DNA of 64,000 nucleotides from assembly GCA_951406725.2 (NCBI GenBank), contig OX597828.1, positions 54,002,001 through 54,066,000 of the forward strand. Reading direction: 5' to 3'. This DNA is from Octopus vulgaris. Taxonomy: Eukaryota. The position numbers and the translations under genes were made by a program. The notes under the pieces are model-generated. The model saw nothing but the letters and a program-made list of their open reading frames with translations. It ran no database searches and was not told where the DNA came from. Below, piece after piece: positions 48,721-63,952 of the stretch (its first letter is position 1; each line of letters opens with the position of its first letter).

Positions 48721-50090
48721 TGGGAGGGACGATTGTTACTGTTGTTTAGCCCCAGGAAACGTCGTTTCCAGCTGGTTAAACGACAATAGCAATCGTCCCT
48801 TCCAAGACAGCCACATTAAGTTGGCAGTCTTTACTTTAAAGAACTGTTACCGAATATCTCTCTTTGAGAGGTTTAGAAATAATGTTTATATATATATGTG
48901 GAGAGAGAGAGAGAGAGAGAGATGATGCCTTGGTAGAGCGGAGAACAATGCCTTGGAGTAATTTAGTTTTGTCTCTATGTTGAGTTTTAATACTCTTGTT
49001 AAGTTTGCCCGTTTATCAACTTTGTGGTTTCTATAAAGTTCAAAAACTCGTCAACCATCGGTGCTCAACTAATCAAATATTTTCCCTGTTTCAAACCTCC
49101 TCTCCGCGTGTGGCATTCTGTGCTAAGTTAGAAATCCATTATATTATCTGTTCAACTCCTACTGAGGCCATCTTTGCTTTTCATCAATTCGATGTTCACA
49201 AAAATTAAGTACGGTACCAGTTAAATACTGAGGAGTGGTGGTCTCATTAACTACAATCTCTTCCTCGGAAAAGATTTACGCCTTTATGTCCCAGTGAGAA
49301 AGCAGTAGTAGTGGTGGTGGTGGTGGTAGAAGTGGTGGCGGCGGTGGTAGCGACAACTAAAACGCGATGAGGTTTTTTTGCTAAAATATTTTTTGGCAAC
49401 CGGCTATGTTTTTTGATGTATGAAGTTAAAACATATCTGAAACAAATTGCTTACACAATTTATTCCTGCCCTCCTCTCCTTCTTCCACCCGCCACAATCT
49501 CTCCACTTACACACACACACACACGTGCGCGCTATCTTTATGACTAGAGCACTAAAACATAATGTTTAATAAAGCAAAACGACCTGTGTTGGTAAGAGGC
49601 ACATTTTCCAGTCATACATAAAATATAATAAACTTTCGTTTATTTTAGAAACACCACAAATATTGCCTTACCACACACACACACACACACACACAGAACT
49701 CCATATATACACACACACACTAAATGCATATATCACAAGAAGGGCGGCAGATTTCATAATCGTTCAATATTGGAAAATTCGATTTTATCGAACACATTGT
49801 TAATTGATTATCTCAAAAGCAAACACTAACACTTTCAGACTGCGTAAGAGGGAAAATATAACCCTACATAACAGGGCTAATAGAAAGAGGAATAATTTAA
49901 CCCAATGCAACAGGGCTAATAAGCATTGTGTTATTACAGAACGAAAAGGAATCGAACAGAGGTCAAATATTTGCAGCATAAAATCAAATTTGTCAGAGTA
50001 AAACATTTCTCCATCACACCCCGTTATAAGAATTCTGCTTCCGTTACATCGTCATCATTAAGATCATGTCAATGTCTGAAAGGTGTAGAC

Positions 50091-50384
50091 CAGTGGTTCT
50101 CAACTACAGTCCATATGGCCCTTGAGGGTCCATTTGAGATTTTGGGGGGTCCAACAACAAAATAGTAAACTGGAGATCCACAATAGTTTCTTGAGGACCC
50201 CTGAAAAGATGGTATGTATTGCAAGAAAAGCTAGTTTTCTTTCTCTAACACTTTACGTAGTTCGAACTACACAAGTGACTGCGTAAAAAAACTAAATAGG
50301 AATTTTGAAAGTAGTTTCTGTAAAACTAATTTTTAAATATCGAATGGCTACACACACACAAAAAAAAAAGTTTGAGAACCCCTG
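50091..50384. mobile_element. hAT/Charlie-type MITE
   Basis: TIRs CAGTGGTTCTCAA / TTGAGAACCCCTG. 8-bp flanks GTGTAGAC and GTTTACAC match at 6 of 8, with central TA. Confidence 0.75.
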
Positions 50385-50550
50385 GTTTACACAAATCTCC
50401 AGCGTAGCGTCCTCGCTACTTATTGCAGTCTTTTGTCATCACTTTCGCAACTAACAAGATACCTGACATTCTCTTTTACCACTTTTTCCCGTCGATATAT
50501 ATATATATATATATATATATAGATAGATAGATAGATAGATAGATATATAT

Positions 50551-50769
50551 ACTCTTTACTCTTTTACTTGTTTCAGTCATTTGACTGCGGCCATGCTGGA
50601 GCACCGCCTTTAATCGAGCAACTTGACCCCGGGACTTATTCTTTGTAAGCCCAGTACTTATTCTATCGGTCTCTTTTTGCTGAATCGCTAAGTTACGGGG
50701 ACATAAACACACCAGCATCGGTTGTCAAGCAATGCTAGGGGGACAAACACAGACACACAAACACACCCA

Positions 50770-50819
<50 letters not shown>

Positions 50820-51290
50820 TACGACGGACTTCTTTCAGTTTCCGTCTACCAAATCCACTCACAAGGCTTTGGTCAGCCCGAGGCTATAGTAGAAGACACT
50901 TGCTCAAGGTGCCACGCAGTGGAACTGAACCCGGAACCATGTGGTTGGTAAGCAAGCTACTCACCACACAGCCACTCCTGCGCCTATATATATGTGTGTG
51001 TAGATAGGTATATACATAAGCATATATACGCATAAATATAGATACATATATCTTTCACTTGTTTTAGTCATTATTCAGCGACCATGCTGGGGTGCCGCCT
51101 TCAAGAACTTTTAGTCGAATGAATCAACCTTAAAACTTTTCTTTTTAAGCATGGTACTTACTTTATCGATCTTTTTGCCGAACAGCTAAGTTACGTGGAC
51201 GTAAACACACCCACACCGGTTGTCAAGCAACGGTAGGGGGATAAACAGAGACACCAAGACACACAGATATATACATATATACGACGGGCT
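50551..51290 (-). mobile_element. SINE family A full copy (50551-50985) plus adjacent 3' half (about 51050-51290)
   Basis: Reverse consensus seen twice. Confidence 0.88.
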
Positions 51291-52093
51291 TATAAAGATG
51301 AAAAGCTAAGTTTACTTCAATGGAATTTGAAATCAGAATGGAAAGAGCTGCGGCCAATACTAAAAAGTCTTACAAGTCTGGGCATCTACTTACTTCAACA
51401 TTAAAACTTCAATTAACTTCTGTGTTTGTATCTATTTATAATTCTTCGTCACAGATTTTTTTTTTTTTTTTTTTGCTAAGATCATCGAAACGATCATTAT
51501 TATGAAGGCCTCGAAATACCAATAATTTTCTGTGATTACTTCAACTTTATGAGAATCTTTTCTCCGCCGACATTATCGCCTAAATTCAAATGCATGTTGC
51601 TTTGAAGACACAAAGGCCACAGCTGTAATGCGCTTGATTATAGAAATGCTCAAACAGGGCTAACCAAGGGCTAAACAATGAAAACAACTACAAAGTACAG
51701 AGTACATCAATGGATAATGGTTTCTGCCTGCCGAGTGGTAAAATTCCAGAATTCTTGGAATGAGTCTTTAAAGAGCCATCCTTCTCCCGAAAACATCATC
51801 GATTTAAGTGAAATTGCTTTCAATTGGTACCAAAACCGATTCACAGGAAATGTCTGGCCAAGATTTTACCTTAGAATTCGGTGCCAACCACCATTACCAA
51901 AGACAGAGGTAAGAATTATAGTTTAAACATTCCGAAACTATTCTAAGAATTTTTTGGTTGTTCGTTCGTTTTTAATTTTCTTGTGGTTTCTAACACATAA
52001 CACAAAGAAAACACTTTTAGTGCTTGAATATATATGAGTGTGTGTGTGTGTGTGTGTGTGCATGCATATATGTAAGTATATATATATATATAT

Positions 52094-52134
<41 letters not shown>

Positions 52135-53098
52135 TGTCATCGTTTTAATGTCAATATATATGATATATATTGTGTATGTCTCTTTCTATATATATACATA
52201 CATATATATATAGTGTATGTGTATATATATATAAATATACATACTTGGAAGGGTGTTGGTGTATACATACATACATTGTGCATGTGTGTGTAAATATCCA
52301 TATATATAGTGTTGTATGTGTGTGATTTTCCCCTCTAAAGACACTTTATACATCCTACCCAGGCTTCTCCCCACCCCACCTCCGATATACATTGTCTCTT
52401 GTGATAAAATTTTGTGTATTGTAAAATATTTGTTTCGTTTGTTCCAAAGAAATGTTTTGTTTTTTGGAGGGGTTTTTATATATATATATATTTTCCCCCG
52501 ACATAAGTTCGGTTTGTTTGTATGTTTTTATGTTTTGTTTTGTTATGTTTTCTTCCTTTCCAACTTAGAAAGAATTCGATTCTATATACATTGGTTTAAA
52601 GACTGTTTTTCTTTTTGTTTTCTTTTTACTTTTTATTATTATTATTATTTCTTTTTTTTTTTGGCATCAATTCTTTTTCTGTTTCACCAGTACTTGTCAC
52701 ACAAAGAGGAAAAAAAAACCACCTTCTCAACATATATTCGAAATACTTAGTGGAACCAAAGGAAAAGTGAAATAAATAACACAAACAACATCAATGACAA
52801 CAACATCCATGACAACAACATCAACAACGAAGCTGCGTCATTATCTAGTCTACTGTATTATAGTACTCAAGAGATGACGACGACGACGACGACAGAGACG
52901 TAGGCTTTTACCAAGACTTCTATAGAAACTAAAAGTACTATCTATTTATGTATGTAAGTATTTATATATTGTCAGGTTGGCGATGGGATTGGCGCGAATA
53001 ACCCTGCAGTAAGAGTAATTCTAGTTTGACCATTAAGTTCTGAGTCTTAAAACTATATAAGTATAACTGTAGGGGATGTGTATGCACGTATGTGTGTG

Positions 53099-53149
<51 letters not shown>

Positions 53150-53188
53150 TATATATGTATGTATATATATATATACACACACACACAT

Positions 53189-53220
<32 letters not shown>

Positions 53221-53266
53221 CATCATCATCGTTTAGCGTCCGTTTTCCATGCTAGCATGGGTACAC

Positions 53267-53299
<33 letters not shown>

Positions 53300-53323
53300 T
53301 ATATGTGTATATATGTGTGTATG

Positions 53324-53366
<43 letters not shown>

Positions 53367-54029
53367 TATGTACACGTGTGTGTATATATGTCCGTGTCCA
53401 TATCAACTAGTCTTGTGAGCTCAATATGGAGGCGTGTGTGGTATGTGAGACTATGCGGTGCGCGTACATTATTATTATTTAGCTCCGAGTCAGCCATCAA
53501 CAAACCAACCTCTGATCAAAGATGTTTGAGCTTTGACCATTGGCTTTCCACTGACATTTTTGTTCTTTTTATTGTTGCAGACACAGTACATCTAAGACTA
53601 CATTATCCAACATGTGCTTTTTGCTCTCTCTCTCTCTCTTTTTTTTTTTTTTTTTAGAAGACAGTAGCTGTGATTATTTAAGTGAGATTTATTTGCTATT
53701 TCTCATGCCTCGGGGATTCTTCAGTGACTTGCATGCGCACCACAAACTTTCCAGTAGCCTTGGGTTCAGGCCCGTGCTGGGTTATCCATGAAGCCCAAAC
53801 CACCTCTTACACAGCTGCATCTGCGCCAGTTCATTTGCTTCTTAGAATCACTTTCTGGAATGGCAATATTTTCTCCCTTAATAGTACAATATAATTGAAG
53901 AACCAACTAAATGCATAACTTCCAAACGATGTTCTCGGAAACGGTCTGCAAATCTCTTACTGACTTTTCCAATCTACAGCAAATCACTAAGCCAAAATTT
54001 AAAGCATTAAATAATTTTAATTTTTTTAA

Positions 54030-54345
54030 TTTAATTTTTTTGGCTCAAAAAGCAAAAGCAAGGCCATGTAGGGGGACATGGAGTTATGTACAGGGAGGGT
54101 GTTCATAGAAAGAGTTCAGGCCATTTCTGGTCAAGAGAGACTTTGAACCGAGCGGTCGTCGGCATCTTCACTATCTCGTCCGGCAGCTTATTCCACGGAT
54201 CCGCAACCCGGACGGAGAAAGCCCCTCTCCTTCGATTGAGATGACATCGTCGTAGATAGAGCTTTTCGGAGTGGCCCCGCAGCCCACGCTCTGGAGCAGG
54301 AGTGAAGAACAGCTCTTTCGAGAGGTTACACTTTCCGCTCGGCGG
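54030..54345 (-). mobile_element. 3' end of a CR1/L2-like LINE (ORF2 C-terminus, 3'UTR, A-rich tail)
   Basis: LRGHSEKL..RCHLNRRRGAFSVRVADPWNKLPDEIV...FKVSLD matches the CR1-type terminal motif RGH..KL...FS.RV...WN.LP...FK..LD. Confidence 0.85.
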
Positions 54346-55179
54346 GAACAAATGAGGCAGTCGTTAACGTGAAGGAGAGAAATGCTCCGGAACAACGCTT
54401 GCAGCAGGATGGGGGGAAACAACAAGAGACTCAGTCCGGGTGTGGGTAAAAAAAAAATTAAAGCTCCATCATCCAAAAGATCAAACGGATAGCAGACCCA
54501 CGCATACACAAACAAGTCTTCTATATTTTACATCCACCAAATTCCACTTACAAGACAGTTGTCAGCTGAGACACTTGACCAAGGTGCTGCAGAGCGAAAT
54601 CGAACTCAAAACACTGTGGTTACAATCAAACTTCTTAACTACAGTTATACGCGTAGAATAGAAATTTCTAGAACGATACCTATGTGTTCAGGTCAGCTGC
54701 TTCATTTACACAAATTATTAGCAACTCGGTATTTCCCTACTGCTGCTGTTGTTGTTGTTGTTGTTGTTTAACCCAAGGTCAATCTTAATGGAGCAGATCT
54801 GAGATCAAAGGTGTTTCAGTCGTGGCAATCACGTCATCTTTATACAACAAGTCCCATATTTTGTCCATCACCTTACCGCCTGTGCTTTCCACGGTCCTCA
54901 ATGTCACCCACTTCCTTCACTGTCATTTATTGACCTTCCTAGTTTGGATGTACAAAAAGGATTTCTAACAAAGAACCGGTGAACACAAAAAAAAAGAATA
55001 CACGCGGGAAATGGGGGCAGTCAGTTAAATTAACGTTAATATATTACTGGTACTTATTTTTATCAAACTCCAAAATATTAAAAAGCAAAGTCTTTCCCAT
55101 CACAATTTGAACTCTTAAGAGTAAAATCCTAAAGAGAACAGCAAAAGATTCCTACTCTTTTTAAGTGCATTCTTCTTTT

Positions 55180-55592
55180 TTTTTTAGTCATTTGACTGTG
55201 GCCATGCTGGAGCACCGCCTTTAGTTGAACAAATCGACCCCCAGAACTTATTCCTTGTAAGCCTAGTACTTATTCTATCGGTTTCTTTGCCGAACAGCTA
55301 AGTTACGAGGACGTAAGCACACCAACATTGGTTGTCAAGTGATGGTGGGAGAACACAGACACACAAACATAAACACATGAACATATATACGATGGACTCC
55401 TTTTTATATATGTGTGTACACACACACACATATATATATGACGGGCTTCTTTCAGTTTCCGTTTACCAAATCCACTCACAAGGCTTTGGTCGGCCCGAGG
55501 ATATAGTAAAAGACACTTGCCCGCGGTGCCACGCAGTGGGACTGAACCTGAAGCCATGTGGTTGGTAAGTAAACTACTTACCACACAGCCGC
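55180..55592 (-). mobile_element. SINE family A
   Basis: Reverse consensus. Confidence 0.88.
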
Positions 55593-56011
55593 AGTTATTT
55601 TAATGAATGGAATTAAACGAAGGGGATTAGGGTAGTGGAGTGACAGAATCGGTGGAGCATCGGACAGAATGTCTTGCAGTGTCTCGCAGACAGTTTTTTG
55701 ACACTCGGATTCCATATCCCATGAAGGTAAACTTAGACCTGAATCCTTCAGGGAACAATAAAATAAAATTGAGTTCAAAAACTAGGAAACGGAGTCAATC
55801 TTAAGAAAACACTCTCGCCACCAAAAACAAAGGGGAAAATATGAAACTTTTGTGCTCAAGTTGGAAATCTGCAATCAGAGACTGAACCAGCGCCATGGAT
55901 TCTTCCATTTGTCAGTAGTTTACATCTACTTCATAGCCTGAAATAAACTTCAATGGCATTTTCCTCTGAAGAGAATTTGTCTTTCATTATTGAGTTAATC
56001 ACTAGTTTTAC

Positions 56012-56100
<89 letters not shown>

Positions 56101-56265
56101 TATATATGTATTTACACATAATATTCAAATATATATACATGTGTGTGTGTGTGTGTGTGTATGTAAGTATATGTATACATATTACATACATTATGATTAT
56201 ATATATATATATATAAAATATCTATCTACATATATATATAATATCTATCTATTATTTATATCTAT

Positions 56266-56302
<37 letters not shown>

Positions 56303-57230
56303 TATATATACATATATATATAACATCTATCTATCTATTATTATATATATATATAAATAAATATATATATATATATATATATATACATATGTATACATAT
56401 ATATATAACATCTATCTATCTATCTATTATATATATATATATATATAGCCTTCTGGTTCAATTTTTACTTCAGAAAACAATATTTCTACTTCAACTCCAC
56501 CACCCACACATACACACACACTGCAAATATCAATTTCGTTTTAATAATAAAAAAAAAATCCACACTCAATAAGGTTTTATTTTAGATCGATGTTACATTT
56601 CTTGCTGGTTTTTCAATTATTCTGTCGAAGAAAATCTATTCTTTGATTCTCTGCATTAAAACATCCTGAACATATTGAATTCCTAAGAAATTTATTAACC
56701 AAAGAAGAAAAACTAAAAATATTGAAGACAAATTACTCACAAAAGCTTAAGGATTTCAAAAATAATAATAATTCTGAAAAAAAAATATGTGTGTGTGTAT
56801 GTTTGTATATGAATGTGTGCATATGGTAATATTTGTGTGTGTGAGTGTGTGTCTGTGCATGAGTGAGTGTGTGTCATGTGTGAGTGAGTAATTTAAAAAA
56901 ACTAAAAAAAAAAAAGAAATCAATTTGCCGATGGAAAATTAAAGACGTTTTTCAAAACCTTTTCCTTTCCTTTTGCGGTTGAGATGGAATAATTAATAAA
57001 ACGAAACTATTTGCTTCTGAGAAAACTCCCTTCCGAAGTTTTGTAGAGATTTCGGTGAGAGTAACCGAGTACAAGTTAGAGCAGAAATAATAACCACAGA
57101 TATGGTGGATCCATACTCATTGAAATCAAGGCCCCATTGGATTCTAACCCCAACTAGGGTCTAACCCTGGCCTTTGCTATCACAAATGACAACATCTTTG
57201 TGCTGTCACTTAGTTGTGACAACTATATAT

Positions 57231-57613
57231 ACTCTTTCACTTGTTTCAGTCATTTGACTGCAGCCATGCTGGAGCACCGCCTTAAGTCGAGCAAATCGAC
57301 CCCAGGACTTTTTCTTTGTAAGCCCAGTACTTATTCTATCGGTCTCTTTTGCCGAACCACCAAGTTACGGGGACGTAAACGCACCAGCATCGGTTGTCAA
57401 GCGATGTTGGGAGGACAAACACAGACACATATATACATATACACATATATGATGGGCTTATTTCAGTTTCCGTCTACCAAATCCACTCACAAGGCTTTGG
57501 TCAGCCCGAGGCTATAGTAGAAGACACTTGCCCAAGGTGCCACGCAGTGGGACTGAACCTGGAACCATATGGTTGGTAAGCAAGCTACTTACCACACAGC
57601 CACTTCTACGCCT
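57231..57613 (-). mobile_element. SINE family A, full length
   Basis: Reverse consensus. Confidence 0.9.
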
Positions 57614-58174
57614 ATAATTAATAACAAAATGCATCTTTTTTTTTTTATATATAAAAACATAGATACTATCTGCATGTTCCATAGAAAGAGTCTGCTGTGA
57701 TAAACAGTCAAACGAAAAACTGTATTTGTAAGTCAATGTCTTAAACTATCAACGGGTCTTGACTGTTGGGCCAGCAACAACCCAACAGCTTTAACACAGG
57801 TTTGACAAGGACTACTTCATTCACAATGTAACCATCTCAGTTTCTTTCTTTCTCTCTCTCTCTTTCTCTCACACACACACCATAGTGTATGTATCCAGGA
57901 TTTTAGAAGAGGCAGACTATATCCACGCATAAAGAGACAACTAAAAAAGTTTGACATCAGAAGGGGGGATCCAGCTGTAAAACGCTGTCTCAAAAGGTCT
58001 TGTCCAACCCATGCCAGCATGGAAAAACAGACAGAGATAATTATATGTGTATAAACTGATATGAAAGAGCGCTTAGGTACTAGAAATAGCAGCCAAATAT
58101 CATTTAAACTACACACCACAATAACATAGCAAAAAGGACAAAGTAGACAGTAGAATCCTAAATACAGTACGTTC

Positions 58175-58350
58175 ATCATCATCATCATCGTCCTTTAACA
58201 TCCATGCTTGCATGAATTGGATGACTTGACCAGCTGCTTCTGATTTGGCTTGATTTCTATGGCTGGATGCCCTTCCTAATGCCAACCACTTTGCAGAGTG
58301 TGCTGGGTACTTTTAACGTGACACCGGCATGAGCTCTATGGCACCGGCAC
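58175..58350 (-). mobile_element. RTE-type retroelement 3' tail fragment (related pieces at 53221-53262 and about 57960-58035)
   Basis: (CAT)n tail, TCCATGCT.GCATG and GGCTGGATGCCCTTCCTAATGCCAACC motifs. Confidence 0.45.
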
Positions 58351-58624
58351 AGGACTCTTGTGGGCTAATCCTCTTCACCAGGAGATGCAAACCTTAACAT
58401 TTCTGCTGTGGAGGACGTGTGGAGGATGTCCTGGTAAAATAAGATACAGGTTGGTCAAGGTTGGAACCCATCAAAACAAAGAGGTAGGACCGAAACACAA
58501 CTAGTGAGAATCCTAAAAACCTAACTTAATATTCTGGCAAACTGCTTAAAGCAACAAGAAAAACTTATTAGCAAAAATAACAACAAACAAAAACAAAACG
58601 TAAAAATACAAAAATCGTTTCATA

Positions 58625-59390
58625 GTGGCTGTGTGGTAAGTAGTTTGCTTACAAACCACATAGTCTCGGGTTCAGTCCCACTGCGTGGCACCTTGGGCAA
58701 GTGTCTTCAACTATAGCCTCAGGCCAACCAAAGCCTTGAGAGTGGATTGGTAGATGGAAACTGAAAGAAGCCCATTGTATATATGTGTGTGTGTGTGTGT
58801 GTGTGTATATAAAGGGTAAAGACCCCCTTCGGTCATGAATGACCATGGGATTGCACCTAGAAAGTTACCCTCCTAGACACAAGTCCGGGCAAGGTTGTTT
58901 ATGGAAGGCTAGCAGTCGCCCATGCATACCAGCCTCCCCTCTCCATGCCACCAGTGTTATCCAAGGGAAAGACAAAGGTCGATACAGCTTGGCACCTGTG
59001 ACGTCGCAACTCATTTCTACAGCTGAGTGAACTGGAGCAACGTGAAATAAAGTGCCTTGCTCGAGAACACAACACGCAGCCCGGTCCTGGGATTCGAGCT
59101 CACAACCTCACGATCGTAAGCTCGACGCTCTAACCACTGAGCCATATAACGACGATGATGATGATGATGATATGTATGTGTGTGTGTACGTTTGTGTTTG
59201 TATTTGTCCCCTCAACATCGCTTGACAATCGATGCTGGTGTGTTTACGTCCCCGTAACTTGGCGGTTCAGCAAAACAGACTGACAGAATGAGTACTAGGC
59301 TTACAAAGAATAAGTCCTGGGGTCGATTTGCTCGACAAAAGGCAGTGCTCCAGCATGGCCACAGTAAAATGACAAGCAAGTAAAAGAGTA
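58625..59390 (+). mobile_element. SINE family A with a family C SINE nested in its central microsatellite
   Basis: Head 58625-58780, tail about 59175-59390, opposite-strand insert about 58812-59145. Confidence 0.85.
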
Positions 59391-59962
59391 ATTTATATAT
59401 ACACACAACAGAAACACACATATACACAACACAAATATACATACACACACGCACGCATATATACAAACACACGTGAATCTCTGTCTATGTGCGTATATAA
59501 GAAGGAAGGAAGGTTAGGCAGATGGCTACACAGACAGACACTGGATAAACATATATATATATATATACAATGATTGTGCACACGTACACACATGCAAACT
59601 AAATCCTATAAAAAACCTATTCTACTCACCATCTCTATCAAACTTATAAAGCAATTTAATATTTTCAGTGAAGAATATTTTCAAAAATATATATTTTAAT
59701 ACTTACATTTAGCTTGATTATTTTAGCTCAGCTTTTCAAGTTGATATTTTTTTTTTTTCGTGGGGGTTTTTAAGATATCAAAATATTACCAAATATTGGA
59801 TATTATATTTCTAATTATACATAAATATACATAGATACATACATACAGACACACACACGTATGTATGTATACATATGTGTACATGTCTACATATGTCTAT
59901 ATATTATATATATATACACCACCACACACGTGCACATATATATATATACACACACACAATAT

Positions 59963-60257
59963 ATATATATATACATATACATACAAACACACATATAAGT
60001 GTGTGTGTGTGTGTGTGTAAGAGCATAAAGATATATGTATGTATCTCTCTCTCTCTATATATATATATATATGTGAGTGTGTGTGTGTGTCTATTCAAAG
60101 TCATGTATATCTATATATATATACATATACATACAAACACACATATAAGTGTGTGTGTGTGTAAGAGCATAAAGATATATGTATGTATCTCTCTCTCTCT
60201 ATATATATATATATGTGTGAGTGTGTGTGTGTGTCTATTCAAAGTCATGTATATCTA
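59963..60257. repeat. Tandem duplication of a microsatellite-rich unit of about 150 bp
   Basis: AAGAGCATAAAGAT...CTATTCAAAGTCATGTATATCTAT occurs twice, differing mainly in repeat lengths. Confidence 0.92.
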
Positions 60258-60739
60258 TGTTTACTAACTGCCAACCCACATCATTAAACTTATAAAACAA
60301 GAGAGAAAAAAATATTTAAAAGTGTATACATCAATGCACACACACACACACACATCTTCATATACACATGCAAACACACACACACACACACTAACTTAAA
60401 TATACATTCATATACATATATGCATATAATTATGCGTTCATAAACACAGAAACAAAAGTGTATATGTACTTAAATATACATACAGCAATCTACATGTATG
60501 TATATTCAAAAACTATACACATACATATACAAACATACATATATGTACGTATCATATATATTAAACACACACGTCCACATATATCCCTATATACACTAAA
60601 AGAGCAGATTTCATTGGGTGGTGAATCTAGGGAAGCTTTTATGAATTATAATATTTTTAATATGAAAGAGAAAAGTTTCAATTAAGCATTGAAATCTACA
60701 CAAACCAATATAAATCCATAGCAACATACACGCTTACAG

Positions 60740-61098
60740 ACATAAATATACACATGCACACACATATATATACACACACACACATACATAGATGTGTGTG
60801 GTGTGTGTATGTATATATATATATACATAAATGGGTGTGTATGTATATATATCATCATCATATATGTATAAATATACACATGTGTGAGTGTATATATGTA
60901 TATATATATACACACACATATATACATACATATATGTATGTACATGTGTGTGTGTGTATATATATATATATATACATACACACATACAAATATGCATGTG
61001 TGCATATATATATATATACATATACTCACACAAACATATATACATACACATGTGTATGTATATATATATACATGCATGTATATAGATATATAGGTGTA

Positions 61099-61146
<48 letters not shown>

Positions 61147-61190
61147 TATATATACATATACACACACACACATATATATATATACATATC
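60740..61190. repeat. Degenerate (TA)/(CA)/(TG) low-complexity tract (similar tracts at 38830-39170, 53090-53390, 56010-56450)
   Basis: Directly visible. Confidence 0.95.
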
Positions 61191-61794
61191 ATTTAATGTA
61201 CACAGTGTAAAGATACAAGCAACTAACAGTTTCATGCACTGGATATGTGAGTCTAGTTAGGTTTTTATAGCAAACCTAGAACTAATGGATGGACAGGAAG
61301 ACAGATAGACAAATCTAATAAAGAAGGTTATGAGGCAAGGTGAGGAGAAGATAAACAAACACATAAGAAAAAATGTGGAAGAAAAGCACAGAAACATAAA
61401 ATGAAATGAAACAATGGAAGAATGTGTACAATGAAAATTCATTCAGTTGCTTAGTTTTAGCATGGATTAGGTAAATGCGTATTAATGAGGCGTTGTTTTA
61501 TTGTCAGATGCCTTCCCTGTCACTAACACTTAGCTGTTTTTCAAGAGGATTTCTTAAAGTGTGTGTGTGTGTGAAAATCCACAGGTAACTCTTGCAATCG
61601 CAACTCCTACACCAGCCAGGACGCCCACCTGTTGCAAGATACTTGTTCTTAGGGCAGCAAACCAAAACAACATGAAATTAAGTTCCTTGCTCAGGGGACA
61701 CAATGCATAGGGTTACAATCCTGTCCAGGACAGTTAATTGGAAGGCAGGGGGCAGAAAAACACAAAACAGCAGCCAAATCTCCCTCAAGTTATT

Positions 61795-62197
61795 TTACTC
61801 TTTACTCTTTACTCTTTTACTTGTTTCAGTCATTTGACTGCAGCCATGCTGGAGCACCACCTTTAGTCGAGCAAATTGACCCCGGGACTTATTCTTTGTA
61901 AGTCCAGTACTTATTCTATCGGTCACTTTTGCCGAACCGCTAAGTGATGGGGACGTAAACACACCAGCATCGGTTGTCAAGCGATGTTGGGGGGACAAAC
62001 ACAACACACAAACACATATATATATACATATATACGACAGGCTTCTTTCAGTTTCTGTCTACCAAATCCACTCACAAGGCATTGGTCGGCCTGGACCTAT
62101 AGCAGAAGACACTTGCCCAAGATGCCATGCAGTGGGACTGAACCCAGAACCATGTGGTTGGTTTGCAAGCAACTTACCACACAGCCACTCCTGCGCT
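61795..62197 (-). mobile_element. SINE family A, full length
   Basis: Reverse consensus with (TTTTACTC)3 tail. Confidence 0.9.
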
Positions 62198-62724
62198 TAT
62201 ATTTTATCTATTTTTTTTTTTGATGGTTTCATCAAGGGAAGGAAAGCTGCCACCATAAAGTTATTGCATGACTCTCAAAACTTCAAAAATATCAGGAGTT
62301 ACCAAAGTAGGAAGCAATAAGAACGAGATATGAAATTGCTCTCAGACTGGTGACCTGCTCTAAATCTTCCCAATATGGCTTTCACCACTGAAGGCAGGCA
62401 CCGACAAAGTGGCAGCATTAAAAGATTGCCTGAGATTCAGCCTATCGTAGGGGTGGGGGAGGTTCTGTAGCAGTCGGATTGCTTTCAGTCTTCAAAAGCC
62501 GAAGACAACTTTCAATAAATGGTAAAACATTCCAATGCAGCCGTTCCAGAAGAGAAAACACTTTGGTGTTAATAAGAACAGGGAGAAAGACAGCCTCTAG
62601 TGTGTGGACACACGGACACACACATTCGTGATTTTATCAAGAGAACATCATCACCTCAACTAAACTAACAACTACAGAGGTTTGACATCTCCCTCCATTT
62701 CTCTTACACCAGCTATCTCTCTCT

Positions 62725-62915
62725 CTCTCACACACACACACTTCCTAATACATACACACACACACACACACTTCATAATACATTCACACACACACTTCCT
62801 AATACATACACACACACACACACTTCCTAATACATTCACACACACACACACACACATACTTCCTAATACATTCACACACACACACACACATACTTCCTAA
62901 TACATACACACACAC
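62725..62915. repeat. Minisatellite (CA)n-CTTCCTAATACAT, about 6 units
   Basis: Directly visible. Confidence 0.9.
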
Positions 62916-63540
62916 AAATGCATTAACGTAACCAAAGGGCAGTGACAAACATCACTGTACCCCTAACCAACAAGAGATCAATACTTTTAAGAGAACTCCT
63001 TAATAATAATAAATCATTTGAGAGAGAAGTGGGGGAGGGGAATGAAGGGGAGAAGAGCAATGGCCGAGAGGGCGGGCAGATATGGAGATGGGGGGGTGTT
63101 TGATTTCAGGGGGGAGCGGTAGGGTAGGAGAAATCAGTAATTTTGAAAAGTGTGTTGGTGTGTACATGCTCACACACACACACACACACGCACACACACA
63201 CACACACACAGATCAGCATATTTGTTTATATTTGTTTATTATTTATATGACGTACCCATCCTCCACTCGCACCCTCCACCCTCAATCTACCTCATCACTT
63301 CAGCAGCAGAAAGCGAAGTAAAAATCTGCATCGAAGTAAATGAATAATAACAACAAAAAAAAAAACAAAAAAAAAATTAAAATTAAAAAAATAAATATAA
63401 TTTCATTCGAAAATGAAAGGAAATAGATAATAATAAATGGGAAAAGTAAAAAAAAAAAAAAAATTTATAACAATATTAAATAATGATAATAAACAACAAT
63501 AATGATGATGATTTTGTATATTTTTAACACATTGATTTCT

Positions 63541-63576
<36 letters not shown>

Positions 63577-63892
63577 TAATGTTCTATATTGTATTTCTGC
63601 ATGAAATGAAAAAAAAAAGTTAAAAACTAAAAAGGTAGAAAGAAACCAAAAAAGTTGCAAAATCTAAACAAACCCATGTAAAAGAGGGTGGGGTGGAGTC
63701 GGGGCGAGAGCCGAATTAAGGGGGTGGTGGGGTGCAGGGGTTTGTTTAGAAAAGGAGAAAAAAGTAAAAGGCCATCTCTATTGGCCATGAGCCATGGTTA
63801 ATAAAAAAAAGGGTTATTATGTGCAGCATGCGTGTGTGTGTGTTTACTGGGGTCTACATATACATAAACAATATGTATGTGTTTGTTAATGC

Positions 63893-63927
<35 letters not shown>

Positions 63928-63952
63928 CATATGTACACATATATACCATATA

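Noticed and set aside
62725-62915. Repeat-spacer pattern suggestive of CRISPR
   Set aside because: The spacers are (CA)n, the context is eukaryotic, and there are no cas genes.
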